From Podarcis erhardii (lineage: Eukaryota), in the NCBI GenBank assembly GCA_964252035.1, contig OZ176204.1: a stretch of DNA of 64,000 bases. The stretch is one strand, 5' to 3'. The notes beneath the pieces are model-generated. The model did not search any database. It saw only the letters and a list, made by a program, of their open reading frames with translations, and was not told the origin of the DNA. The translations under genes and the position numbers were made by a program. Below, in pieces: positions 1 to 54,560 of this stretch; positions within the stretch are counted from its first letter, which is position 1; each line of letters begins with the position of its first letter.

Positions 1-51
1 TCCCAGGTGCACCTGGACAGAAAGGAGAGATAGGATTCCCAGGACCCAAAG
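1..51 (+). CDS. COL17A1: Collagen XVII alpha-1, third-last coding exon (5' part outside window)
   Basis: Frame from nt 3 reads PGAPGQKGEIGFPGPK(G), Gly-X-Y; donor AAG|GTAAGA at 52. Confidence 0.9.
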
Positions 52-163
52 GTAAGAAGTTGGATGCCACACTTGCCAACTTGAGAATCCAGGAGGGAGG
101 CAGGGAGATGGACGGCTCCTCCCCCTGTACAAGTAGCCTCCATGGCTAGTCTGACGCTGGTGT

Positions 164-440
164 CATAGAATCATAGAATTGTAATTAGGAAAGGATCCAG
201 AGGAATCTCAGCTAGATCATACATCTGCTCAAAAACCTTGGAGGGCAAGTCCACCACCTCTTGTGGAGACCTGTCAAACAGCTCTTACTGCCAGAAAGTT
301 CTTCCTAATGTTTAGTCGGAATCTCCTTTCTTGTAACTTGGAGGTTTGGGTTCGGGTCCTGGCCTCTGGAGCAGGAGAAAACTAGCTTGCACCATCCTCT
401 ATGTGGTAGCCCTTGAGATATTTGAAGCTGGCTATCTTAA
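164..440 (-). mobile_element. CR1 LINE 3' fragment
   Basis: CATAGAATCATAGAATT 3'-end motif and AGAAAGTTCTTCCTAATGTTTAGTCGGAATCTC typical of CR1 3' ends. Confidence 0.75.
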
Positions 441-717
441 GAGCAAAAATCCTTTTTGGGAGCTTGCAAAGCAGCCCTGTCCTGCTGGTGTGGGTGAATG
501 CTGAATTTCCTTTGTTTAATCCTGCCTGTGAACAAGTTTGCATATTCTGGCTACCTGCCTGTTCCCAGGCAGGAGTTCCTACTTTTAAATGCTGATATGC
601 GTGTTACTTAACAGAGGTGTGCCTGCTCAGTTCTTAAGTATTTTTTTCCGAAGTGGTAGCATTGTTAATAAGTTGCTGCAGAAACAGCTTAGAGTCTTGT
701 GATATGTTAAAGACACA

Positions 718-908
718 GGCTGCATACATACCATACATTTAAAGCAGATTTAAATTGCAAGGCTTACACCAAAGAATTCTGGGAACTATAATTTGCCCCT
801 CAGAAAGCTATGATTTCAAGATGCTTGGCAAACTGCAGCTTCCAGGATTCTTTGGGAATCATGTGCTTTAAATGTGCATTGAATGTGCTTTAAGTTTATG
901 TCTGCCCC
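718..908. mobile_element. Palindromic MITE (squamate non-autonomous DNA element)
   Basis: Terminal inversion GGCTGCATACATACCATACATTTAAAGCA ... TGCTTTAAGTTTATGTCTGCCCC and internal inversion CCAAAGAATTCTGGGAA / TCCAGGATTCTTTGG. Confidence 0.55.
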
Positions 909-2024
909 TTGCACCAACTGTGTTGGCATAAAAATACCAATCTGTATCCTTCCCCATATGTTAATCTGGGTTTAGCCTTTCCATGGAAAATCTGGTAAGA
1001 TATTTTTTTTTAAAAAATTGTTTCCAGCTGTCCATTTGCAATGTTAAGCCCATATTTGGAAGTCCCCAAAGTAAAAATAGTACAGGGTGTTTTTAACCCT
1101 TTAATTGCTGTATGAATTAAACTTAACCCTTCCTCCAAAGAAGGTGAAGTCCTGGGACACCTTAGATATGAATTTATCTCAGAACTAGCATTTGTAAACA
1201 AGAGTTTACCTTATCATTTGTATGAAATAGAAAATATATCTCTCTCACACAAATGTTTAATCTGAACTTGCAGAAAACAAATAATTATTTGATAGAAGAG
1301 ATCATTGAATTCAGCTGACATCACTAAGGTTCCCATTAATGTATCTAGATTGCTGTTTTCTGAACACTTTCACAACAGTCACTAATGTGTCACTTACGCA
1401 GGTTGTTTGCTAAAGAAAGAAAATGTGGGAGGAACGCCATTTTAAAACACACATATTTTTCTGATTCAGTTTACATATACGTACAGGATTTTTTTAAAAA
1501 AAAAACAAAACAAAACTTTGTTTCACTTCTTCCATTTCATTACAAGATGGATATTATGGGCTTGGTCTACTGAGGATTCAGACAAAGCCCAACTGTTGCC
1601 ACAATGGATGATTATCTGGCTGTAACCATATTGTTTTCTGTATTTGGATAGTTAGATTCTCTCTGTAAAATGCTATTTGAAAATGAGTGCATTTCACCTT
1701 AATTTTTGAGTAGTAGCATGTACCATAGATGTCTGGCACCCCTGAGTGAATGAGTACATGTTCCGTAGAGAAATTATCCTCACGGCACTAGCCCAACTGC
1801 GCAAACGACAGACTTGCATCATCTGGCCATGTTGTGTGTGATCTGAGAAATATGCTTCATCATTCTCAATGGCATACTTATCAGATTGCAGCATGATGGG
1901 ATAACGCATGGGGTCAGCTTTGGAAGATGCACTCTTCAAGAAGTGGGCCTGTGTTGTAGTTGAACTATTTTAAATGAGTAGCAATCTTAATCGAGTAAAA
2001 TATCATTTCTCTTCCCTCTGCTAG

Positions 2025-2096
2025 GTGACATAGGACCAATGGGCCCCCCAGGCCGCCAAGGCCCAAGAGGACCAAGGGGTGAAAAGGGCGAGAAAG
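2025..2096 (+). CDS. COL17A1: Collagen XVII alpha-1, penultimate coding exon (72 nt)
   Basis: Pyrimidine tract + CTAG acceptor; (G)DIGPMGPPGRQGPRGPRGEKGEK(G); donor AAG|GTATTT; phase 1 both ends. Confidence 0.93.
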
Positions 2097-2722
2097 GTAT
2101 TTGTTTTTCAAATGAGAAAGGAGTGTATTTTGGATTTGACCAGTACCATGATGGAGAAGCCTAGTGCAGGTCCAAGCATGGAGACTTAGCGTTTGTCATA
2201 GTTCTAGTATTGTGAGAGTCAACCTTCCCCCACTTTTTTCAGAGACCCATACATAGGCCATGACTCAAGCAAACTTTATTTATTTTACCCTGCTTCTCAG
2301 ACAACTGGTGTCTCCCAAAGTGGATTACATAAAAGAAGAACCTGCAATTAAGTTTACAAATGAAAAAAACACAACACACAATGGAAGGGGAATTGAGGGA
2401 AGAGGCTGAGGATGTGGCCAGATTGAACTTCCCTTGCTTGAATAGCAGCTGATAGCTTCTGTTCCTGTGGCTGCAGTCACGAGTATCCTTGCTTGCTTCT
2501 GCAGTCCCAGGACAGTTGGAGCCAAGTGGTCTTTCAGGCAGCTCCTTCCTTGGCCTCCCCATCCTGAGGGACAGTTGGAGGTGCAGTGGTTCTTGTTCCA
2601 TGGCAAATGGCAGAGGCCCAAGTGCGCTGCTCTTTAGTTCCTAACAGTAGCATGAAAGTTGGGAAAATGTGTACTTGTACCTGTAAAGTAACACTTTCTT
2701 CATCTTATTCCATCTCTCTTAG

Positions 2723-2772
2723 GTGAAGCAGTGTATGTTGGCCGAAGGAAAAGGAGAAGCATTGGGGTCTAA
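2723..2772 (+). CDS. COL17A1: Collagen XVII alpha-1, terminal coding exon
   Basis: TTAG acceptor; (G)EAVYVGRRKRRSIGV* resembles the COL17A1 C-terminus (human ...VYAGRRRRRSIAVKP as recalled); TAA 2770-2772; synteny with SLK. Confidence 0.93.
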
Positions 2773-3622
2773 TCTAAGAACACAAATTTGAGCAGAAGAT
2801 TTCTCAACTGCTTATGGTTGCTTTTTTATCTCAGTGGAGACAAAAACCCCATTTCCAGTGACTTCCAGCAAGTGACGACTAACACTTGGTACTTTGGGAA
2901 TGGTTTTCATAACATTTTATCTTATTTCTAAGATATGGGTGGCTTCCAGTAGTACATATTGAACTAATGGCTCATTTGCTTGTTGTCCCATATGAATTGG
3001 CTGGAACAGAGTATAGCCCTCATCTAAACCCAAGGATTTTATAACAGCATAGCCTCAAAAGTTGTAACTTACTCCCCAGGAAACTCACACTTCAGTTTCT
3101 CTGGATGAAGATTAGCATGAGAAATCTTCAATAGAAACTCAACCAAAGTTGAAAGGATTGGAGTCAGAGGTTATGTATCTTCCTTTGAAGTAGGAGAAAG
3201 CATATCCAAAATAATCAAGAATATGGATTTAAGAGTAAAGGCTATGCCAGTTGTGCTAATACTCAACTATATGCTAGCAGGATGCATAACCACAGGCTAC
3301 ATTTTATTATTATTAAATCCACTTAATCTGTTATAAAATGCATTGCAAAAATGTGAAGGACCTTGGGGCTGTTAGTATATAAGCACTTTGTTGGAAACAA
3401 TTTTTAAAATGTCTGCTGTGGTTTTAATTGCATATAAGTACAGCAGCCTGCCCACCTTCAAAAGTGAGCAGTTTTATCTATGACCATTTCTTCCTCTACT
3501 GCCTGCTTGCAGTGAGCTTCTCCTAAGCCATCTGTTGTTTTTAAGGTGTGGGAATCCCCATTAGCATAGAATGATGTGCAGCAAGGGGAATTTAGGCAAC
3601 ATGCCTGAGTCTGTGCAAAGTC

Positions 3623-3731
3623 AATAAAGTTTATTTTCATGTGTCCTAAATCATATCAACATATCAAGAAACTAACGTATAGTGTGAATCCTCTATCCCG
3701 TTATTATACATGCAATCATGGCAGCAATAAA
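3623..3731 (+). terminator. COL17A1: Candidate COL17A1 polyadenylation signals (AATAAA 3623-3628 and 3726-3731)
   Basis: Two AATAAA hexamers 0.85-0.95 kb after the stop; the first is followed by U/GU-rich GTTTATTTTCATGTGT. Confidence 0.5.
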
Positions 3732-4790
3732 GTGATAGCTAAGTCTGGAGGGACATGTTTTGGGGCCACAGGAAATATATCAGTGTAAATCCTGATGTTG
3801 CGACACATCTCAAGATGTTACGGAATTGTAATTTGTTAAAAACATTGCTGGATATAGGTCAACCTTAATTCCTCCATTTGCTTCAAGATACAAATTTAGT
3901 GTTCCATAACTGATAGCAAAAGATTCAGAATTTAGCTAAGAGATCAAGGAAGATCAAATTAGAAAAATTAACACCAGTGCTAGAAATACACATTTCCTGG
4001 ACAGGTTACCTATTGCCTCCAACCTTATCAAACATATAAGTAGAAATTGATAGCTGCAGTTCGCCATCTTGTGAAATAAAAACCAGTTTTCTACAATACA
4101 AAGAGGTAGATATTTGCATGGCTTTCTGGTGTGACCTAAGACTAGCACTTCCACTAAATGTGTCCAGTGGGGCTTTGAACTTTTTTCTCCATGAATTCCA
4201 ACATACCTAGGTAGCTAATCAAAATTAGTTTGTGACATGGTACTGAGCTTGGGAGCTGTTTGCTAAGCGACTTAGAATTACATACAAGCCCTTAAGTGCA
4301 CAAATTATGTCTGGATCTGTGACCCTTGACATGATGACTTGTGCTCAAGGGATTCCAAACAGGGTAAGATGAATTTCCTGTAACTGGCATACTGTTTGTC
4401 TGGTTTTGCAACTTTGGAGCAAACATCATATTAAATAGTATTTTCAACTGATCAAGCAATTGGTTGTGCATTTAAACCAGCTGTATCTGTTACTGAGACA
4501 TTTACTTTTTAAAAAATAAAGTTACTTCCAATGTGTTAAGTTTCTTTCTTCCTCTGTCCCATGAGCTGTGTGGTTTACACTATGTTTCCTGATATGCTTG
4601 CATATTATACAGGTAGGCAAGGGTGAGTCATTTGGTAGATGAATAGAAACAATGTGTTTCCCTCTTTCAAACCCCATTTTGTTTTGATACAAAGTGCCCA
4701 TGTTTCTTCTTAACATTATCTTTCAAGTGCAATGCTATACATATCTGCTGAGAACTCCTGTTTAGCTCAGTGGGATTTACTTCCAGCTAA

Positions 4791-5386
4791 GGGACATGGG
4801 TGGCGCTGCGGTTTAAACCACTGTGCCGCTTGGACTTGCCGATTGGAAGGTTGGCGGTTTGAGGCCCCACAACAGGATGAGCTCCCGTTGTTTGGTCCCA
4901 GCTCCTGCCAACCTAGCAGTTCGAAAGCACGCAGTGCAAGTACAGTGGTACCTCAGGTTAAGTACTTAATTCGTTCCAGAGGTCCGTTCTTAACCTGAAG
5001 CACCACTTTAGCTAATGGGGCCTCCCACTGTCACCACGCTTTCTGTTCTCATCCTGAAGCAAAGTTCTTAACCCGAGGTACTATTTCTGGGTTAGCGGAG
5101 TCTGTAACTTGAAGCATCTGTAACCTGAAGCGTCTGTAACCTGAAGCGTCTGTAACCCAAGATACCACTGTAGATAAATAGGTACTGCTCCAGCAGGAAG
5201 GTAAACGGTGTGTCTGTGCGCTGCTCTGGTTTCGCCAGGGGCGGCCTACGTCATCCTAGCCACATGACCTGGAAAACCTGCAGAAGCGGACAAATGCCGG
5301 CTCCCTCAGCCTGTAAAGCGAGTTGGGCGCCGCAACCCCAGAAGCGTTCGCGACTGGACTTAATTGTCAGTGGTCCCTTTACCTTT
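4791..5386 (+). mobile_element. Sauria SINE (POM-like), interrupted by a MITE
   Basis: tRNA-like head GGGACATGGGTGGCGCTG, body shared with copies at 26285 and 37604, tail CCCTTTACCTTT. Confidence 0.85.
4943..5170. mobile_element. pogo/Tigger-type MITE nested in the SINE
   Basis: TIR CAGTGGTACCTC...AGATACCACTG, TA duplication both sides; internal TGTAACCTGAAGC tandem repeats. Confidence 0.85.
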
Positions 5387-8300
5387 AAACATGCACAGGA
5401 TTGCATCCTTAAGAGCATCAAAATAATCTCAGTCATTTATCTGAATTTTGGTGTTCTGTGGCAAAAAAAGCGTTTAAATATTTGAAGATGGCTAATATCT
5501 CCTCTCATTCTCATTATTAGGCAAAACATACCTAAGTCCTTCAGCTGCCATCCAAGTGGTGGCAGCTGTGGTCAGAATTGCCTGTGCTTCTGTCCTACCT
5601 ACACCCTTGCTGCAGCTGGTACAAAATACAGTGGCCAGTGTGGTTTTTGGCATTAACAGCCCTTTTCTTTCAAGACACAGAAAGAACAGGGCTAGTGGAA
5701 GAAAAGTATAGATTCCTACAAAATAGGTAATGGACCACAGTCCTTATTCTACAGATCTTTCTTGCAGTTTATTTTGTTTGAAATATATGGGCTTCACTTC
5801 CTGTGCTTTCAAATGAAAATGAACTTTGACAGCTTGTGGGGGCAGGGGCAGGAGCAGATATAATTCTAATTCACCAATTAAAAAAAAAAGTTTGCTACCA
5901 AGAGTAGGCGGCTCACAGGCAAATACTTCAAGTACAGCACTAACTGAATTGAAATTCTACCTTCTGAAATTTTATTGTATCTCTGCCTAGAGATAAAAGA
6001 AACCACATCCCAACCCTTAAAATAGCACTTTCAAGGGGCCAGAACTTGTGCTTTGGTAAGAAGCTTTTCTAAAGAAAACAAATAGTAACACCTTAGCAAG
6101 AATAAAAATTTTGTGCTCCAGAAGAAATCGGTAGCATCAACTTCCAAAGAGATTATTTAGAATCTTAAGATCCAACAGTATTCCTATGTTCCACTGATTT
6201 AAATGAAAGTAGGATAAAGGAAAAGTTGTTCTTACCATAAATGGTATTGCACTGAGGATGTAAAGAGGGCTCCAAGCGGATTGCATTGCCTGCCTTGCAG
6301 CTTGGAGGCAGGAAATGCCTATATAAGTTTTCTGCTCTCTTCCTGTTGAGGCTCAGTCCTATTTCTTGGAACAGCTTAGGAGAAAACAAAACTCAACAGC
6401 ACAAAATGTGATAAAATACATACAAAATAGGAAAAAAACAGAAAAAGTGGGAGAAAAACCATTCTGGAAACCAACAAAATCCACAAGTACTAACACAACT
6501 GAATATGTATTACTTTCCCATGCTGAGCCTGAGGGGACTGCAGTGAGGAAAGTGCCTGTCGTTCACCAGGCATGGATTGCATCTCCTAAGGAATGGCGGC
6601 CATTATGCTTTCCCGTTTCTTCGCTCCTTGCTGCCTCCAGATGTTGTAGTTTCAGAGCTGGTTGGTTTAGGACTCAATGAAGCAGCAGAGGATGATATCC
6701 CCTGTTTCCCCCCCAGCCGTAACTCGCCAGAACTCCATTTCAGCCCCTCTCAGGTGGGCACCATTGCCATTATAAGAGAACAAGGGAGGTGTTCATGGTG
6801 AGTCCAGCACCCCTTTTTCTAGAAAATTAACACTGGATGTCCCTTGCACAGGACTCAAAGGAAGAGGCTGCACTTACAAGGGCCTTCCCTGGGATCTTCA
6901 GAAATAGCGGGCCCCTGGATGCTTGCTGCAGCTACTGCTGAGTGAGGCCCCAACCCCAAAACTCAGCTTTTTCCCCCCTTCAAAGAAGTAGCCCTGAACT
7001 ACTGTAGGGGTTTGTCTGTCTTCCCCATAATGAGAAAGTGGAAAATCCTAGCCTTACAGCTCAGGATGGAGCTTAGAAAGGGAGAGAAAGAAAAAAAAGG
7101 CAGGAAACAGTGAGGAAAGGTGAAGGAATTTTTCCTTTTTCTTTTTTACACAGTAAGAGAAAAAGGGAGGAAGAGCAGCTGTAGAAAACAAATAAGAACA
7201 AAAGACTCAATATAAAAAGGAGAAAAAACAACAGGTTGGCTATAAGGGAAAAGCCTTAAAGATTCCAAACAGAATGTTTCTCAGAGTTGAGACAGGAAAT
7301 GGACTGAGCCTCAACAGAAAGAGAGCAGAAAAATCTTCTGTAGAAGTTTTGGGCATTTCCTGTCTCCAAGCTGCAACAACACAATCCGCTTGGAGACCTC
7401 TTCCATCCATAGGTGACAGGAATGGCAAACTGACCTTAGATGGTATGATTCTAGCAACTGACAGGCTAAAAAAAAGAAAGACACTGATTCAGTAAAAAGT
7501 TTTCTCCTTTGACATAATCAGCTTAGCTCAGAATTATGAGGGCCTTTTGGTGCCCTTGTAGTAGAGCAACAAAACTGAGCTTCAATATTAATGGCGGTGT
7601 ATTTTCCTTCATCAGATTATCCGTGAAGGAAGCTATTTCTCACGCCATCAAATCAAAGCCATATATTGATATCATTTTCAATAAACTCCACTGTGTACCT
7701 CCATAGGGAAACCAATCAGGTGCAGGTGCTCAAAGTTTCAGCCAGGAGGGGGAGCCTAACACAAAACAAAAATGCAACTTTTTTGTACAATTAAACCTGC
7801 TTTTATAATGGTGGGGAACTTGGTGGCACAAAGGGCAGACCCCTCTCATGGGGCTTCTCTAATTAAAGCATTATCTGACTGCCAGCCTTTACCCTGTTCA
7901 TTTGTGGCTAGGTTCAGACATCACATACACACAGCATGGTTTGACTCTCAAGAACGTGCCCTTTGTTTGTAGGGTCCCTTTTATGTTCTAATTTCCTCCT
8001 GGTTTCCAGGGATAACCAAATTTGACAAAATACAACAAATGTACTGTATATACAAATCAAGTTGCTTCTATGGTTTGAAGTGTAGATCAATTTCCAGTAT
8101 ATAGTAACCATAGCACCACTGATTTTGATGTCATGGAAACCTAGAGTTACCATGAATTGGAAAATAAAAAGAGAATCAGAGTATGCAAGTACAAGAGGAA
8201 AAACACATGCACATTTCTGACAGTTGAACCATGGTTTGGCACCTGACCCTAACATCCTGTGTCATGACACCAGGAACCACATTGGGATAATAAAGGTCTG

Positions 8301-10241
8301 ATTTTGTAGCATGTGAAACATGCAAAGAAATGAACACTTTATATGCAACACAGGGCAATGATGATGGAAGAACGCCACCAGGCAATCATCAATATAGGAA
8401 GAAACCGAGTAGGGCTAAGTTCTGGTGCTCATTTTGGTTCTGGTGCCCCAAGAAACAGCAACACCACAGCATCCTTTCAGACTAGCACACAACACACACA
8501 ACTCCCCAAAGGAATCCACAAACTTGAGATTTTTAAAGAGTTTTTTAAACAGATAGAAACAGTATTTAATGTTATAATCAATACTAGTTATTTCGTAAAG
8601 GTGACTTTTAAAAAAAGTAAAGGCTTTTGAAAACTTTCCCACCAAAACAATTCAGAATAAACAGATTTCAGAACTTTGTAAAGAGCAAAATGCCACATTC
8701 TAGGTGATGTATATGCGAATGTACAACCTGGTACACAATACATATTTATAAAATAAAATGTGATGTATTAAGGCTAGCTATGAAATATTTGTTAGGTAGA
8801 TTATGATTAAAGGAAAACAAAATTTAACTGAAACATGCATCTTCAAAGTATGTTTACTATACTGTCACAATTAAACAATCTGATCTGATAAGATCAACCT
8901 CAGTATCCGGATTCAGTAGCCAAAGTATTGAGCACACTTGATTAAAGTACTATATATTTTTATAATCTGCTTCCTTCACATGCAGGAATGCTGCTGACAT
9001 AATATAAAATTTGTAAGAAATTGGACAGTATTCACATTTAATGAAAAGACTGCAAATGTGAAAACTTACAATTGATTATTCAAAGCTACCTACTAAAAGA
9101 TTAGGCTGCGAAAAAACAGGAAGCAACCAACATTTATATTACAAATCTAACTTTGGCATATCAAAAGGACAGTCTACAATACTGTTTTTGATATGACTCA
9201 GATCTGAAGCCTGAAAAGACAGCAGCTGCTGTTTAATGCAGGCACATCTCCTGCCAACAACATGATAAATATTTCTATCCCACCCCCACAGCAAATAAGT
9301 TATAATACAACTATGAATTTTAGAAATAAAACCATTTAACTTTAGTTACTTCATGGTAAAACAATGAAGCAGATTAAACGTTTGTCTATACATGTAACTT
9401 AAATCCTTCTATAGATCAACATACATTTTGAAAGAAAACATGCCTTGCAATCCAGACATCAGCATTGATTTGTACGAACGGGGACAGTCACAGCCATTTT
9501 CTGCTCTGAAGTTTCAAAACTGCTACTTTGAGTAAGGAGAGAATCCATTCAGTTTCTCTAATTGGGGTGAGAATGAGGGTGCAATTTTTGCACACTTTTT
9601 CTTGAGAAATAAATGATATTGTTTTATTTCAGTTTGTAGAGGAATAATGTGTATATTTTAAAGTAGACAGGAGTACTCTTTTTTAAACTTTTACATATTT
9701 TAGTGCAAGGATTTGACAAAAATTGTGGCAGCGGCAAGCATTTCTGTTACAGTAATATCAGTAACGAGGGCTTCTTTAGTGATAAAGAAACATGATCCTC
9801 TTACAAAAAAAACCCTAGCATGTTTACAGGTTTCAGGCACTGAATGAGGCTAGTGACCCATTTCCTCATAATGGGCATAACACAACAAATATTTGGTTAA
9901 ATGAGTAGTAGTATATCTGCCTAAGAATCCTCTACAATTATTCTTGGGGCATTGCAGATTATCTTTACTAGTTTAGGCTTGCTTTCCAGTGCCAACACAG
10001 TTGGATACATTTTTTTCAGTCCAGTTTTCAAATGGCTATCCTTGAAATACATGAAATATATCATATTGGATTTCAAGACCAACATTTGTGCTTCTATATC
10101 TGATATCACTGATTGTCTCCACTGAAGGTGGATGGAGTTCCACTGAGGTTCTTGGATGCAGGTTGTAGATTTCATTGTGACAGAAGCTGAAGAGGAGAAG
10201 CTTAAAGACGCACCCAAAGCCACCTCACAGAGGCTCCAAAT

Positions 10242-52759
<42,518 letters not shown>

Positions 52760-53399
52760 TTAAACTACCAGTAACTCAAAAACTGTATCAAAACCTCAGA
52801 GTAGACAACAGTTTGGCTTTTGCCAACACCTTTCTTCCTTGCTTTATGGTTCAAAGGGATAAAAGGCACACAATTGCGGCAGTTATGTCACGTGAGAACT
52901 TTGATGCTGCCAGCAAACCAACAGAAAAAAAGAGTTTTTGACCTTAATTTTTAGATGCAGTATACAATAATCCAATGTCAAGTAGAACAACTTCTTTCAA
53001 GTCTATCTCTCTAGCTTTAAAAGCCAAAGAATCATTTGATCGCAAATTTCTTGCTCATAATAACCATACCATAGTACATGGCAAGGCCCCAAAGATGCTA
53101 CTAGATAAAGTACATTGATGGTCTACAGCCATCAGTTGTGGCAGTCTTGGGGCTGGAAAAAACACACCAGCACAATATTTTTGATGGTGTAGCAAAACAT
53201 CTGGTGGAGGATACTTGTGCCAAACAACGAAAAGGCAGACAGCAGTATTCAAATCCTACTACAGTACTCCAATACTACTTATTTAGCAACAAGGATTATA
53301 GGCACCATTTCAGGACAAGCCTCCTTTCGCTTGATGAAACAGCTTCAGGACTCCAACACTGTGAAGACTGCACATCCTCCTTCATGTTTTGGGTAAAAT

Positions 53400-54560
53400 A
53401 AAATAAAAAGACTCCTTATTCAATGGGCGTTGGGAGCCAGTTTCGCCTGTTGGAGAGAAGAGGAAAGTGAGAAAGACCGTCCCGCCTTGACAACTCACGA
53501 ACTCTCCGGTCCCTCCCCGAAAGACACTTAACCAATCCCCACAACAATTCAAAGTCAATCATGGATTTTGCTTTAAGGCGTGAGGGAGGGGCTCCACCGG
53601 AGTTTTTGAGGGATAAAGTGGAGCTACTCCACAAAGCAGGGGGCGTGTGAAATAAATCTCTCTCCCCCCCCCCCCCCGCGCGCTTCACTTCTGTGTGGAA
53701 AAGAAAAGCCATAGGAGTCTGGGCTGAAGGAGACCTCCCCCCCTCCGGAGAATTAGTACCAACGGTCGTAACGACAACAAGCCCCACTTATTTTAGTATG
53801 GGGGGGGTAGGAAGTGGGAAAGGGAAAGCGCTGCGAATAAAGGAGCCCACGACCCACAGGGAAGCTCATTTCAGCCTCTCACCCGGCCCGAGACGGATCC
53901 GGCGTCTTCGTCTTCGCCGCCGCCTTCTGTGTTCCCACTTCCTCTGTGGGGGCGGGGCAGAGCAATAAGCCTCCTTATGCCGATTTCCTCTCCTCCTCCC
54001 CGCGCCTCCAACCACCACCCGAGCCCGGCTGCGCTTCGCTTCTCTCCCTCCCTCCCTCCCTCCCAACTACAGTCACGCACGCGCACTCTCCTTAGCCACT
54101 CTCGACCGAGAGCCTGGTAGAAAAGCCACTCCCAACTCGCTCTCCTCCCGCTCCACTCTCAACCGCCTCGCTTTGACACTAAACTACGCATGCGCGGTTC
54201 TACTCCAGTTCCGCCAGATGCCTCTTTCCCGGACTCGCGCTGACTATGACTCCCCCCGCCTCTCTCTCATGTACGTAGCCGGGTTTCAAGGAAACGGGGG
54301 CGGAGGAAGGTGGAGAGGGAGGAGCTTAAAGGAGTAGGGCGGCCGTCTGAGGTAGACTTCCTTCCGGTTTCGCCTCCCACCGACACCCCTTCCCTGTCTC
54401 ATGAGCGTGACGCCTAGGAAACCCGCCCGTTAGCGGCGGAGAGCCAATAGGAGCGCGCCGAGCTCTTTGGCGGGTAAGTGGCGCAGCGTCGACCGTTTTG
54501 AGGAGGGGGAGAGACTACAGCACTTTGGGGGAAAAGGGGCGCTTAAAAGGGGCAACTTTC
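53400..54560. promoter_or_regulatory. CpG island, likely bidirectional SLK/STN1 promoter
   Basis: Only strongly CpG-rich stretch outside repeats; NRF1-like TACGCATGCGCG 54185-54196, ETS-like CTTCCGG 54361-54367, ZNF143-like ACTATGACTCCC 54243-54254, CCAAT 54444-54448, GC boxes; outward-facing donors on both strands (53882 minus, 54474 plus). Confidence 0.8.
54380..54473 (+). other. STN1: Putative non-coding exon 1 of STN1 (start not defined)
   Basis: Consensus donor CGG|GTAAGT at 54474 at the edge of the CpG island, upstream of the STN1 ATG exon; no transcript evidence available. Confidence 0.55.

Noticed and set aside
2761-2772. PDZ-binding-like C-terminus IGV of COL17A1
   Set aside because: Collagen XVII is a type II membrane protein with an extracellular C-terminus, so PDZ binding is not plausible.
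9701-9708. miR-130/301 8-mer seed match (TTGCACTA) in SLK 3' UTR
   Set aside because: Single seed matches are common by chance in a multi-kb UTR; conservation cannot be assessed here.
53416-54120. Several 60-123 aa ORFs on both strands in the CpG island
   Set aside because: GC-rich low-complexity frames typical of CpG islands; no recognisable domain.
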